This document shows, one piece after another, positions 19,310 to 30,500 of a DNA stretch of 56,887 nucleotides. Position 1 is the first letter of the stretch; each line of letters opens with the position of its first letter. Under the pieces are notes generated by a model. It worked only from the letters and a program-made list of their open reading frames with translations, did not search any database and was not told the origin of the DNA. Source of the DNA: Candidatus Kaiserbacteria bacterium RIFCSPLOWO2_01_FULL_50_24 (GTDB lineage Bacteria; Patescibacteriota; Minisyncoccia; Phycocordibacterales; UBA2100); assembly GCA_001783335.1 (NCBI GenBank), contig MFLU01000015.1:1-56887 (forward strand), read 5' to 3'. Position numbers and translations under genes: made by a program.

Positions 19310-20435
19310 GGTATTCCTCCTTTGTTGTATCAAGCGAGAATGCACGCGCTATTTCCAACTGCTCTTTGAGCGTGGCTGGCAATTTCGCGTGCATATGTAC
19401 GAACATGTCATCCACCGTTTGCGGGTGATTTTCAATAATGTTGCGATACGCCTTCACGGCACCTTCAACACGTTCCTTACACTCCGCCTGCAAAGCAACT
19501 TCATTCGTCTCATTCCATACACCCACTCGCTCCAGAAATAGCCGCAAACGAATGAGTGGCTCGTTTTTGCGCGCCTCTTCAACCTCTTCGGCGGAACGGT
19601 AACGGCTCGCATCATCGGCGGTTGTGTGACTACCGAGACGATAGGTAAGCGCCTCAATCACGGTCGGACCTTGGCCACTCCGCGCCCGCTCCAGCGCCTC
19701 TACCGTTACCTCATACATCGCAATGACATCGTTGCCGTCAACCTGCTTGCAAAACTGTACACCGGCGCCAACACCAAGTTGCGCGAGTGTTTCGGCTCCC
19801 GATTGGAGCTTGCGCGGTTGCGAGATGGCATACTGGTTGTTCACGATTACAAAAACGAGCGGCAAACGCCACACGCTTGCCCAATTCATTGCTTCGTGCA
19901 CATCGCCCTTTGACGTAGCGCCATCGCCTAGCATACATACGGCAACGCGATTTTCCTTGCGGATTTTCATCGCCATAGCAACACCAACCGCATGTCCGCA
20001 GTGTGTAGCAATCGTAATACATAGGGGAAAATCCTTGCGATTTCTCCCCGCGCGCTTATGTCCGCGTTCATCGCCTCCCCAACACAAGAGAATGTTGGTC
20101 ATGGCCTCTTCTTGCTCTTCATCCCGTCGTATTCGCGCATCATGTTCGCGATACGTCGTAAGAAGCACATCGTCGTCTTCCATGGCGCTTGCAACACCTG
20201 TGCCAACCGCCTCCTGCCCCTCCATAGAAGGGTATGTGCCAATTTGTCCTGTTTTTTGAAGATTAGAGGCTTTCGCGTCAAATACGCGCCCTAACACCAT
20301 CATTTTGTACCACTCAACAAGCTGTGCATGACCCTCGACGGCGCCGTACACCGCTGGCGCATCCTCTGCCAGGTTTCCACTGGGGTCTAGGTACTCTACT
20401 TTCTGTATAGAGAACTTGGCGATTTCCCGCTTCAT
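19299..20435 (-). CDS. 2-oxoacid dehydrogenase E1 alpha subunit (TPP-binding)
   Basis: 'GDGATSKGDVHEAMNWASVWRLPLVFVIVNNQYAIS' TPP motif. Start at MKREIAKF with a GGGGAG SD. Confidence 0.9.
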   Translation of the reverse strand: MKREIAKFSIQKVEYLDPSGNLAEDAPAVYGAVEGHAQLVEWYKMMVLGRVFDAKASNLQKTGQIGTYPSMEGQEAVGTGVASAMEDDDVLLTTYREHDARIRRDEEQEEAMTNILLCWGGDERGHKRAGRNRKDFPLCITIATHCGHAVGVAMAMKIRKENRVAVCMLGDGATSKGDVHEAMNWASVWRLPLVFVIVNNQYAISQPRKLQSGAETLAQLGVGAGVQFCKQVDGNDVIAMYEVTVEALERARSGQGPTVIEALTYRLGSHTTADDASRYRSAEEVEEARKNEPLIRLRLFLERVGVWNETNEVALQAECKERVEGAVKAYRNIIENHPQTVDDMFVHMHAKLPATLKEQLEIARAFSLDTTKEEYHGS

Positions 20436-20726
20436 TGTTTTCTCCCCTTTTCTTATTTCAAGCGCTCTTTCTGACAAAACTCTATCCCAAACAGGGGACA
20501 TTGACAAGTGTATGTGAATCTGAGAGAATGAGGGGTATGGGTCGTTTTTGTCAGCCATAATTGTATACTCAAGAACGAATATGAACGACGAAGCAACACA
20601 GCCACAGGGCGGCGAAACGCCGGCAGAGCCGGCTCAGCAATAGCCCATAGGTATCTTCAAAACCCCCTCTCGGTCGCTTTACGCGGCACGAGAGGGGGTT
20701 TTGGTTTTTGTTACTAGAAAAAGAAT

Positions 20727-20753
20727 GCCCCCTCCCGATTCTCGGGAGGGGGC
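20727..20753 (-). terminator. Intrinsic terminator after spoVR
   Basis: 'gccccctcccg'/'cgggagggggc' followed by a T-run on the minus strand. A second hairpin lies at 20659-20702. Confidence 0.7.
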
Positions 20754-20764
20754 TACATCAGTTG

Positions 20765-22270
20765 CTACGTGCTTTCGGAATGCCTGCTTCCATCGTAGCT
20801 AAAGAGCTTCGGCTTTTCCTCTACGATACTTTCCAAATATACCGGGCGGCGCCATAGGTAATACAGGTGCGCCATGACGCCATTGCGGTACGACGGCAGT
20901 AACTCCTCACCATGATAGTGATGTCGGAGATACCACTCACCTCGGTCGCTGTAATTCCCGTCAACGACGGCAACCGTCGGCAAACCGTACAGTGTGTAGC
21001 TATTTTTGAATATCTCCCGTATCACCTCCGGATCACGCGTGACAATTCTGTACACTATCTCGCCGGTTTCCTCATCGCGCTCCGCTTCGTATATGTAGAG
21101 CTTTTGAGAATGGACGAACTCCGGCGTGAAGAACTCCTCCGCCGCCATGCGGCTCGTGTAGTATTCGGCTACTTCAAATATCTTCTCGGCGCCTTTCATC
21201 GCGTTCGTGTTCCACTGTTCTTTTTTGAGCGGGTCAGTGCAATCTTCATATTCTCTACCGAACTGACCCTTATCCCATCGGAGCTTTACATACTCGTATA
21301 TTGCCGGACCAACAGAATACACATTGAGGTCACCCTTGTTCGCCTGCGTTACTTTTGCGTGAAAATCCAGATACATGCCATGCTCTTCCGCGGTAAGTAA
21401 CCCTTCGTCAAACAGACGTCGCATAATGCGCGCGTGCCAATAGGTCGCCCACCCCTCGTTAAGAAGTTGTGTCCGCCGATTCGGCGCGAGCGAACGCGCT
21501 TGATTCCTAATAAAGCGCAGTATATCGCGCTCCCAGTCCTCAAGAAGCGGCGCGCGGTCAATGGCGTATTTCAGAATGTCAAAGACCGGCTCCGGAGGAG
21601 TCTTCCGCCGCAGTGCTTTGAGGCGCGTTTCAATCGCCTTTTTCTCCGCCTCGCTTGCCTTGCGCGCGGTCGGAGAAAGATTCTGAAGCGCGCGAAGCCT
21701 CTCTCGCTCTGTCTGCATAAGATACGTGCGAACCGTCTCCTCATCCTGTTCTTCGTAGAATGGATCAAGGTTCTGGTGCCACTGGAGCGACATACCGGCA
21801 TCAATAATCTTTTCTACCGCGTCTTTTCCATAGGAATCCTCATACGCGCGGAACTTCACCGCGGCATGCCGCGCTTCTTCGGCAATGTCCGCGAACGACC
21901 TTCCGTGTTGTAGATACTTGTTGCGCAGGAAGAAGTCCACATGTCCAAAGACATGCGCGATAGTCAAGACATTGAGCGCAAACGGATTATTTGCCACCAA
22001 ATATGCACGGGGGCGTTCAAAATTCCACACTACTTCGTATGGAATACCGCCACCCGTGTGTTCATAGATGGTCCGAATGCGGTCATAGTCGCGTCCATAC
22101 GACCAGTGTGAGATGTTCGTCGGAAAATGGTATGCCATTGCCTCTATCATCCGTCGGGCAGAAACCACCTCAAAGTCAATCTCGGTGGTGTGCAGGCCGA
22201 ATTCTTCGGCGATATCTTTGATGCGCTTTTCAAGCGCGTTCATGCGGCCAAGTTCTTTCGGTGTCAGCAT
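20765..22270 (-). CDS. spoVR: SpoVR/YcgB family protein
   Basis: 'HWSYGRDYDRIRTIYEHTGGGIPYEVVWN..AHVFGHVDFF', typical of SpoVR. Confidence 0.9.
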   Translation of the reverse strand: MLTPKELGRMNALEKRIKDIAEEFGLHTTEIDFEVVSARRMIEAMAYHFPTNISHWSYGRDYDRIRTIYEHTGGGIPYEVVWNFERPRAYLVANNPFALNVLTIAHVFGHVDFFLRNKYLQHGRSFADIAEEARHAAVKFRAYEDSYGKDAVEKIIDAGMSLQWHQNLDPFYEEQDEETVRTYLMQTERERLRALQNLSPTARKASEAEKKAIETRLKALRRKTPPEPVFDILKYAIDRAPLLEDWERDILRFIRNQARSLAPNRRTQLLNEGWATYWHARIMRRLFDEGLLTAEEHGMYLDFHAKVTQANKGDLNVYSVGPAIYEYVKLRWDKGQFGREYEDCTDPLKKEQWNTNAMKGAEKIFEVAEYYTSRMAAEEFFTPEFVHSQKLYIYEAERDEETGEIVYRIVTRDPEVIREIFKNSYTLYGLPTVAVVDGNYSDRGEWYLRHHYHGEELLPSYRNGVMAHLYYLWRRPVYLESIVEEKPKLFSYDGSRHSEST

Positions 22271-22271
22271 C

Positions 22272-23603
22272 TTACTCCTCCCATCGGTCTTGTTTTAGGA
22301 ATGCCTTCAGCGCAGGAAGAATGTCCTCCTTTTGGCGAAGCTGCAAGCCAAGGAGCGGCACATCTTCATGGTGACTCACATATACCGGTAAGTTTCCTTC
22401 TTTTTCCCGCGCCAGCTGGAATGCCTCCACAAAGGAGTTGAGCAGACCAGAGGCACGTTCTCCCCTCTCTTCTCCCGGGCGAATATCGCAGTACCCGAAC
22501 ATGTTAATCTTGCGCTCGAACAGTTTTTTGAGCGCCACAACCGACCGGTCAGGGTAAAAATCATCGCCGTCGGATGAATGCCATACGTAGATGTTCCACG
22601 AGCTTGCGGGATATTCACTCTCTATGAGACCGTCAACAAGCTCATACGACGAAGCACATACCGTGCCGCCGGATTCCCCGGTCGAGAAAAATTCTTCTTC
22701 CGGAACAAGCCGCGCCGTCGCGTGGTGAATAATAAAGCGAATCTCCACACGTTCATAGAGTTTGCGCAAAAATTCCACCAGCCAAAACAGCATTGAGCGC
22801 GCAAAATACTTTTTCTCGGTATCCATGGAGCCGGAAACGTCCATGAGCGCGAACACTACCGCTCGAGAGTGAAGCGCGGTGTTTTTCACAATCTTGTGGA
22901 AGCGCATGTCATCCGCGTGAAGTATCGGGAACGGAATAATTTCTTTGGCCTGTTCAGTTACCACCTTGTCACGCAAAAGTTTCAATGCTTCGGCATAGAT
23001 ACCGCCCGACTGTTTCAACGCGCAATAACACAAAAGCTCGTCCTTGCCACTATCGCGCTCCAGTGCGCGCAGCATGTGCCAAAATCTTCGCATGCCTTCT
23101 TTTGCCGTTTTTTTTCTATCAAGGAGCACGTAGGGACCTGTGTGTTCCGTACCGCGAATCTTGTAGCCGAGATCAACGATAATCTCGCGCACATTTTTTT
23201 CCTCAAGACGAGGGAGGCCAAGATCTTCAAGCATCATTTCAATGAGCTCTTCTATCTCCACCTCGGTCTCAATGTAGTCCACGCCCGGCTCACTTCCGGC
23301 TTGGCCCTTTTTGCCTGGCTGATTGCCCGGTCCGGGCCGCCGACCGATAACGTCACCCACGCCGCCTTCCCCCTGGCCCGCGCCGACAGCGCGCCCCTTT
23401 GCAGAGCCATGGCGGAAAATGGGTATTTGTATCTCCCTGATAGGAATCTTTACGACTTTTCCTTTCTCACGTCGCGTAATGATTGCTTCCTCGGAGATTA
23501 TCTCCGGCAATCGTTTTCTAATCGCCTCTCGCTGTTTGTCGCGATGACGCCTTGCGTCCGCCTTACCGCGTTCGGCAACCACATCAGGAACAGTAATGGG
23601 CAT
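22272..23603 (-). CDS. yeaH: YeaH/YhbH (DUF444, vWA-like) protein
   Basis: 'RHRDKQREAIRKRLPEIISEEAIIT' N-terminus and 'FALMDVSGSM' MIDAS-like motif. The stop lies 1 nt before the spoVR start. Confidence 0.9.
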   Translation of the reverse strand: MPITVPDVVAERGKADARRHRDKQREAIRKRLPEIISEEAIITRREKGKVVKIPIREIQIPIFRHGSAKGRAVGAGQGEGGVGDVIGRRPGPGNQPGKKGQAGSEPGVDYIETEVEIEELIEMMLEDLGLPRLEEKNVREIIVDLGYKIRGTEHTGPYVLLDRKKTAKEGMRRFWHMLRALERDSGKDELLCYCALKQSGGIYAEALKLLRDKVVTEQAKEIIPFPILHADDMRFHKIVKNTALHSRAVVFALMDVSGSMDTEKKYFARSMLFWLVEFLRKLYERVEIRFIIHHATARLVPEEEFFSTGESGGTVCASSYELVDGLIESEYPASSWNIYVWHSSDGDDFYPDRSVVALKKLFERKINMFGYCDIRPGEERGERASGLLNSFVEAFQLAREKEGNLPVYVSHHEDVPLLGLQLRQKEDILPALKAFLKQDRWEE

Positions 23604-23649
23604 CTGTTTCTCCCTATAGTTCTCTACATATCACAGTATCAAAAAAACA

Positions 23650-23669
23650 CCCCGCAATTGCTTGCGGGG
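23650..23669 (-). terminator. Hairpin plus T7 between prkA and yeaH (terminator/attenuator)
   Basis: 'ccccgcaa-ttgc-ttgcgggg' followed by 7 T on the minus strand. Confidence 0.55.
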
Positions 23670-23686
23670 CGTTGAATTCCATGGTG

Positions 23687-25738
23687 TTACTCGCTAAGGT
23701 ACTCTCGAGCTTTTTCAACCGTTTCTCTGGCGCACACCGGACAAAACCCGTGATCTTGCTCCAAAACGCCAAATAGATCGTTCACTCGCTTCTGCTCCTC
23801 TGTACCATGCGGTTTATCGGTCGCAAGAACCAGCGCCAAACTGCTACGCGAGTCCTCTAAGAGTTTTTTGTTAATCGCTCGCCGAAGCGGCGGATAAGTA
23901 TCGGGTGAGATATTTTTGTACTCCAAAAGCTCGCCGCGAAATACTTCCGATTGCTCCTCGCTCAAATTGAGATGTTTTTCAACCGAACGCATCAGCTTCA
24001 CGTCTGGCTCTCGCGGCTTTCCGGTTATCGGATCTTTACGAATAGCCGGCGCCCCTTCGCGCAAGAACTTCCGCTTCGTGTCGCGGTAATATTTCACCTC
24101 GTCCACGTACCGGCTGAACAGGTCGCGCGCCAAGTCGTCATACGCCTTGAGGAATGCGCGGCTCACAGTCGTCGTGGTCCACTCTTTGTGCTCCGTCGTC
24201 ACCGAGCCCTCTTCACCGGATGACAAAAGCGTCATGAACTTCTCAATGTCTTCAGGGCTGTAGCCCATACGGTGCCCTTCCTTAAAGACATCGCGGAGCG
24301 CTCGGATAACCGAGAGCGGCGTCAAGCATGCGTCTTTCGGATTTTGCGACATCTGTTTGACAATTTCGGTGTTTAGGGCCGCGAGCACGTCTCGCGAAGA
24401 AACACCGAACATTCCTTCCCGCTTCGCGAGGTCAGAATTCGCCTGTCCCTCGTCAAAGAGTTCGTGAATGTCCCGCGGACGCGTGTCCGCGCTATCAAGT
24501 TCGGTTAGAAGTTTTTCGCCGTTATATATCTTTGCCTTCGTTAGAAGACCCACTTTTTTCTGCGACGGCACGAGCCGTGTCAAGACCGCAAAGAGCGCGG
24601 CAAGCTCCAGAGCACCTGGTGCGATGTGACACTTCTTCAGGCGCACAAAGTCGCTGTCACGCTCAACCAACTTTTGGTACACCGCCAGCTCATCTTTTAC
24701 GCGAACCGGATACGGGAACGGCACCACATAGAACCGATTGTGCAGTCCCTCGTACTTTTTGTTGGACGCGAATTCCTTGAAGGGCGTCATGTTCGTATGC
24801 CCAACAACAATCGCATCCACAGACAAGTGCGGAAAGCTTGAACCTTGAATTTCCAGCTCGCGCTCCTCGGCAACCGAGAAGAACACACGAAGTACTTCAG
24901 GGTCACTTGACGTCAGCTCTCTGCCTTCGCAGATACCGCGCTCTGCTTTCGGGATTTTGCCCGAAATTTCATACGCGTGCGGATGGTCAAATCCGTGTAC
25001 CGAGGTGATACTGATGTTTTCCCGCCCGGTAAGCGCAGTTACGTCAGCCGATTTTTCGTCCGACGGCTCAAACGACGTAATGCCGCGAACCGCCTGAATG
25101 GAAAATCCCATCGGTTCCACGGGAATGTCTTCCCAATGCACGATATCGTCATCGTCTTTGTCGGTAAATTCTTTCTTGAGCCGGTCTCGACAAATGGGGC
25201 ATAAATCACCCTCAATCCGAATCCCGAGCTCTTTCTCAAACTCCTCACGCTGCCAGCGCGGCAATGCATGGAGCGGGTCTTCAAACTTGGGGCACCCTGT
25301 CAGCATGTAGACCGGCCGTATGTCGTACCCCTCAAATCCCTTCTTCAGCATACGCACGAGCGTAGACTTGCCGGAGGCCGGCGGACCAACAATAAGAAGT
25401 ACCTGTTTTGCCGTTGAAGCGCGATTTTTTCCGGCCTTGAGATACGTGGCAATCATTTCAACTGCCCGATCAACACCAAAAAGATCCTTGGCAAAGAATG
25501 GGTAACGCTTCTTTACACCCATCCAAAGCTCTCCCTCTGGAATGTCTATGACATTTTCGTCACCTGGGCCGCATACAATCTCGTCGCCGCGCCCGTATGC
25601 ATCTTGCGCGACACGCGAATCCTCTGCCACAAGTCCAATATATTCCTTAACCGTCCGGACCGTGCGCGTCGCATATTTTTGTTTCTTACTCCGCTTTCGT
25701 TTTCTATCCTCACGAATAAACTTGCCGAGGTCGATCAT
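23687..25738 (-). CDS. prkA: PrkA family serine protein kinase (AAA+ N-domain)
   Basis: Walker A 'GPPASGKST', PrkA-length body. Start at MIDLGKF with an AGGAGG SD. Confidence 0.9.
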   Translation of the reverse strand: MIDLGKFIREDRKRKRSKKQKYATRTVRTVKEYIGLVAEDSRVAQDAYGRGDEIVCGPGDENVIDIPEGELWMGVKKRYPFFAKDLFGVDRAVEMIATYLKAGKNRASTAKQVLLIVGPPASGKSTLVRMLKKGFEGYDIRPVYMLTGCPKFEDPLHALPRWQREEFEKELGIRIEGDLCPICRDRLKKEFTDKDDDDIVHWEDIPVEPMGFSIQAVRGITSFEPSDEKSADVTALTGRENISITSVHGFDHPHAYEISGKIPKAERGICEGRELTSSDPEVLRVFFSVAEERELEIQGSSFPHLSVDAIVVGHTNMTPFKEFASNKKYEGLHNRFYVVPFPYPVRVKDELAVYQKLVERDSDFVRLKKCHIAPGALELAALFAVLTRLVPSQKKVGLLTKAKIYNGEKLLTELDSADTRPRDIHELFDEGQANSDLAKREGMFGVSSRDVLAALNTEIVKQMSQNPKDACLTPLSVIRALRDVFKEGHRMGYSPEDIEKFMTLLSSGEEGSVTTEHKEWTTTTVSRAFLKAYDDLARDLFSRYVDEVKYYRDTKRKFLREGAPAIRKDPITGKPREPDVKLMRSVEKHLNLSEEQSEVFRGELLEYKNISPDTYPPLRRAINKKLLEDSRSSLALVLATDKPHGTEEQKRVNDLFGVLEQDHGFCPVCARETVEKAREYLSE

Positions 25739-25900
25739 GGTCGCCCCTCCTTTCTTTCTTCCCATTTTACTCTTTCTTTACGCTACCATATTCGCGCGCA
25801 TGCAATACTTGCGTATGTGGATTGTGTATGGTAGGGTTCTTGCAGAAAAAGAGTGCCAAAAAACGGCACCAACATTGACAGAAGAAGAAAGGAGTATAGA

Positions 25901-27287
25901 CATGAGGACTTTACGGCTGTTTACGGTGGCAATTACGGGTCTATTTCTGGCTCTAGCTCCACTCGGGGCGGAAGCACAGAATTCTCAATCGCCGGAAGAC
26001 GCGGCACGCGAGCGCGTCGTGAACGAGGTGATTGGACTTGTCAGAGATTCGTATATCCGCGTGCTTACGGCGGAAGAACTCACCGAACTGCGGAATAATT
26101 GCATAATCGCCTTAGAAAGCGATGAATATATGCGCGACTGCATGGCACAGCTTGACCCGCACACGAGATACGTGACGCCGGAGGCGTTGGACGAATTTGA
26201 GGACGCGCAGCGGCCAAAATCATTTGGCGGCGTCGGTATCGTGGTGAGGCATAGTGACGACCCGCCCGGCATCATGGTAGTGGATATAATTGAGGGAGGC
26301 CCGAGCGAGCGCCTCGGCATCAAGGCCGGAGATGTCATTGTGGAAATTGCGGACGAGAGCGGCGAAATGCTTTCAACCGCAGACATGATGATTGAGGAAA
26401 CGGTAGATCTCATGCGGGGAGCAATTGGCTCCACCGTGCGTATCAAAGTCAAGCGGGTGGATGAGGAAACACTTATATCCTTCACCATCACGCGTGAGAC
26501 TATTAAACCAAAACTAGTGTACAAAGAATTGAAGCCGGATGGCATTGGATATGTCCGGCTTGAGAATTTTGGAAGAAACGCGACGCAGGACATAGAAGAC
26601 GCGTTGTTCGCGCTTGTGAGGAAGAACAATGCGCCGCTTTCCGGCCTCGTGCTGGACATGCGCTATAACCTGGGCGGACTACTGTACGAGGCAGATGGTG
26701 TCAACGACTTGTTTTTGACACGCGCTCCATACACTACACGGCTCGGCTTTGACGAAGACGCGGCAACAACCGTGCAGATAGAAGCACGCGGCGTGCTATC
26801 CGACTACAAACGATTTGTCGTTGGTCCTTCGGGAGATGTGCTCCGAGGCGCGCCAATCGTCATACTAGTGAATGGTGTCTGCGCCTCCGCGTGTGAACTG
26901 GTAGCCAAAACGCTCCAGATGCACGGACGTGCAATCGTTGCTGGCGTGGAGAAAACGTTCGGCAAGGGCACCACACAATCCAGTATCCCGCTTAGGAGCG
27001 GGGGTAAATTATTGCTGACTACCTACCAGTATGTGATCGGCCCTAGGGGGTGCGAGGAGCCGGTACAAGGAGTTGGTGTGATACCGGACATTTTCCTCAA
27101 ACGCGCCGAAGGAGAAGATCCGATTGAGTTTTCTGAAAGAACACTACCGCACGCAATCGGCACCAGTGGCATTTCAAACGCAAACTGCCAGTATCATTTT
27201 TCCGTGCCGCCCGCACACTTTGACGCGACGCGGAGAATGCTCGGCATACTCGGCCTTGAGCCGATCGTTGCACCGCCACAAGAATAA
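25901..27287 (+). CDS. S41 C-terminal processing peptidase (Ctp/Tsp family) with PDZ domain
   Basis: Signal peptide 'MRTLRLFTVAITGLFLALAPLGAEA', PDZ 'GGVGIVV..GIKAGDVIVEI', 'LDMRYNLGG', 'CASACELVA'. AAGGAG SD. Confidence 0.85.
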
Positions 27288-27319
27288 GAATGACAAGTCA
27301 GACTTGTCATCTCCACTTA

Positions 27320-27356
27320 CCCCATCCTGAACAACTTCGGGATGGGGGTTGTTTTT
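27320..27356 (+). terminator. Intrinsic terminator after the S41 peptidase gene
   Basis: 'ccccatcc'/'ggatgggg' followed by 'gttgttttt'. Confidence 0.6.
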
Positions 27357-27515
27357 GATACGAACGCTACTACTTTCACAGCAAGGCTTCGCCTTGCTGT
27401 GACTATGAGACGCTCGGCTTGACGCCGATTGAGGCACCACAAGAATAGTTACTTCAGTCCAGCCACGCTTAACCGCGCGAACTGGAACTGGGCTTTTTTT
27501 GATACAGACACCACC

Positions 27516-27540
27516 AACTTGGGAGTTCAACTCCCAAGTT
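27516..27540. repeat. TTGGGAGTT-N-AACTCCCAA palindrome (copy 1)
   Basis: 'aacttgggagtt-c-aactcccaagtt', 12-bp arms. Confidence 0.8.
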
Positions 27541-27556
27541 AAGCACTGGTCAGGCT

Positions 27557-30500
27557 CTAGCTGGGAACGCACGCGGAGCCGTCCCAGTATTGGCCTGAAG
27601 AACAGCTTGAAGAACTTGATGTCGTGCTTGGCATGACGCAGTAATTACTACCACTGTCCCATGTGCCTCCCGCTGAAGAGCAGCTTGACTGCATGCTGGA
27701 ATAGTCCGTTGTGGAAGAACTTACACAGCTTGAACCATTCCAATACTGACCTGACGGACAGTCCGTAGTTGATGTGGTTACGCAACTTGAACCATTCCAG
27801 TACTGGCCTGATGAGCAGGACGTTGTTGAGGAGCTTACACAGCTTGAACCGTCCCAGTATTGTCCTGAAGAACAGCTGGAAGAACCTGATGTTGTGCTTG
27901 GCATGGCGCAGTAATTACTACCACTGTCCCATGTGCCTCCCGCTGAAGCGCAGCTTGACTGCTGACTTGAATAATCCGTGGTGGAAGAGGTTACGCATGC
28001 GCTTCCGCTCCAATACTGGCCCGAGGGACAAAGCGACGAACCGGCGGGTCCTTCATATCCTCCTGTCGTTGTAGAGGTCTGGCAAGAGGTTCCATTCCAC
28101 CACTGGCCTGAAGGACACGACGTGGTGCTTGATGTAGTGCTCTGGTAGTAACAATACGATGTGCCTCCAGAGCCCGTGCTTGTGTACCACTTGCAATTCG
28201 CTCCGCCGGCAGTACACGATGATTGTGTAGCATAATTCGCGCATGAGCCGTAATCACCGGAGCCTCCAGTTGTTGAGGTCACACAACTTGAACCATTCCA
28301 CCACTGACCTGAAGGACAAGAGGTGCTCGAAGTAGTAACCGGCATACAGGCATTGCTTTCCCAGCGGCATCCAGACATTCCGGTGCAACTCGATTGACTT
28401 GTGTACATACCGCAGCCGCCGCTCCAACCGCTTTCGCACTGCGACGGAGCACCGAGCGACACACCGCTCGTTGAGAACGCCGCGCCCGAAGAGCTTCCTA
28501 CGCGACAATTAACGTAATCGGACTCGCACCACACGGTGTGGCCGACATATGCACTATTCTTTGTCGCGTTCGTGTAGAAACATTTTTGCATACCACTCGC
28601 GCCGCCTACATTATCCGATTCCATATCGTCCATCTTGTCATAACAACCGGAGTCAGCTGGGTAGTCAACTTTGCCGTCACCGTCGTTGTCTTTACTGTCG
28701 GAGCACTGCGGCGTCCAATTGGTACTTGTAAGTGCGCAGTATCCGCCATATACACTGCCCCCCGACACCGCCGTCCATGAGCAGCCGCTTACCGCTTTAC
28801 ATGATGTCTCTGTAGAGTATCCACCGCATGTATCTCCTCCTGTGTATCCACAATCAGTTGGACAGGATTGTGTCGTTTCGCCCATTTCACACATGTTATT
28901 ACCGCACTTAGCCGCATCGGCATTGCCGGAACAATCCGGTATGCCAAAGTTTTGCCAGTTCGTCGCCGAATCGTTTCCCGCACCCGGTTTCCACGCAAAT
29001 TTCGCTTTTGGAATTTTCATGCACTGTGCCTCAACCGATTTGATGAAGTCCAGATATTCCGCATCGGTGCGGTCAAGTATTGAGGACGACTCACTACCAT
29101 CGGAAAACTTCCACGGGTGTTGAGTCCAGCTAGAGCTTCCTTCCCGCCTAACGTCCGTTGTTTGCCCGCGCTCGCATTGTTCTTTCGTCGTATACACGAA
29201 CGGATTGGAACAGCCAGAAGCGTTTTTTTGTACGCACTGTCCACCTACTCCTCCCGACGATTCGTATGTCCAACCGGTAAAGTAGGCCTGACAGGTTATT
29301 TGCGCATCTCCTTTTACACACTTGGAATAACCACCCACCCCCGCAGACGCCGAAAGGTCGCAGCGATACCCCGCACTGCACTGATATCCTTCTTTGCCGC
29401 CGCAGAATGTCTGGTCGGTCGGATGAAGCCGGTACCCCATGTCTATCTGGTCGGTGGGGAGCGCCACCCTCCCGTGCGCCTCGTCGTCACAGTAACCACC
29501 TTGGACATCTCTATACCAAACGCAACCGGAGGAACTACACGACGACTCACTGATATATCCACGACATTGCGTGCCGCCAATCTGCCTCTCGTATTCGCAC
29601 CGCGGCGTCATTTGACACCCGCGCGCATCATATTGATTTAGAATTCTTCCTCCAACGCAGAAATTGCTGAATGTCGCTGGCAGTTGTGGACATCCGGTCG
29701 GCGTTTGCTTTCCGTCTTGCGGTTGTATTCTTTCTGACATTTTCGGCACAAACTCCGCGGGTACGCGGAATGGAAACGCACCACCCGGCACTTCAAGCGA
29801 GCGGCCGTCTGCAAATTCGCAGCGCACCTTGCTCTTCAAGAATCCGCCGGTGAATGAGCACAATTGGCTGAATTCTGATGCGTTGTAAATGGTGAAGCCT
29901 CTCGCCACACTCCCCCCGTCTTCCTCTGCGGGCGCATAATAATCGTCTGGTAGGAAGTTTGGCGCTTTCTTTTCCTCTCGTCTGCCCTCTCTATATCCTT
30001 CCGCCATCCGAAGGCCGTTCTCGGCAATCTGGAGCGCCGCCTGTGCTTCGCCATATGCGCGACCAATGTCGCGATATTCAAGCGATGTGCGTGCGACACT
30101 CAATTTCCTCTCCGCGGTTGCGCGTGTTCGCTCTATCTCCTGAATTGCAGGGTCGAAGTGCCCGTCTTCAAACCCAACATCAAAGGGAAGCTTTGCAATA
30201 ACACCCTCAAGCCGCGTGAGAGCCGCCTGTGCCGCGTCAATGTTTTGGAGCGCGCGATCGGGCGACTCAAATACTTCCCGCCTATCGCTAAAAATCGTGC
30301 TGAAATCAAACGAGCGAGGCGCGTCCTCAAAGAACGTCTGATATTTTTGATATTCCCCTTCAAACTGCTGGAGGCGGTTTGCGTCTGTGGTGTTTTTTAC
30401 GCGCTCTTCTACGCGGCCGTATTGCGCGGCGCGCAATCCATCTAAGACGCCGCGCATGGAGGCCGCTATACCGGCATCGTTTCCAAACGAATTAAGCGCC

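Noticed and set aside
20581-20643. 20-aa mini-ORF (MNDEATQPQGGETPAEPAQQ*) between the E1 alpha start and the spoVR terminators
   Set aside because: It is too short, has no SD and no supporting signal. I noted it only because the region is otherwise empty.
25542-25900. Long N-terminal extension of the S41 peptidase ORF (track ORF 25542..27287), overlapping prkA on the opposite strand
   Set aside because: The extension is low-complexity and antisense to the well-supported prkA 5' end. A signal peptide and an AAGGAG SD support the ATG at 25901.
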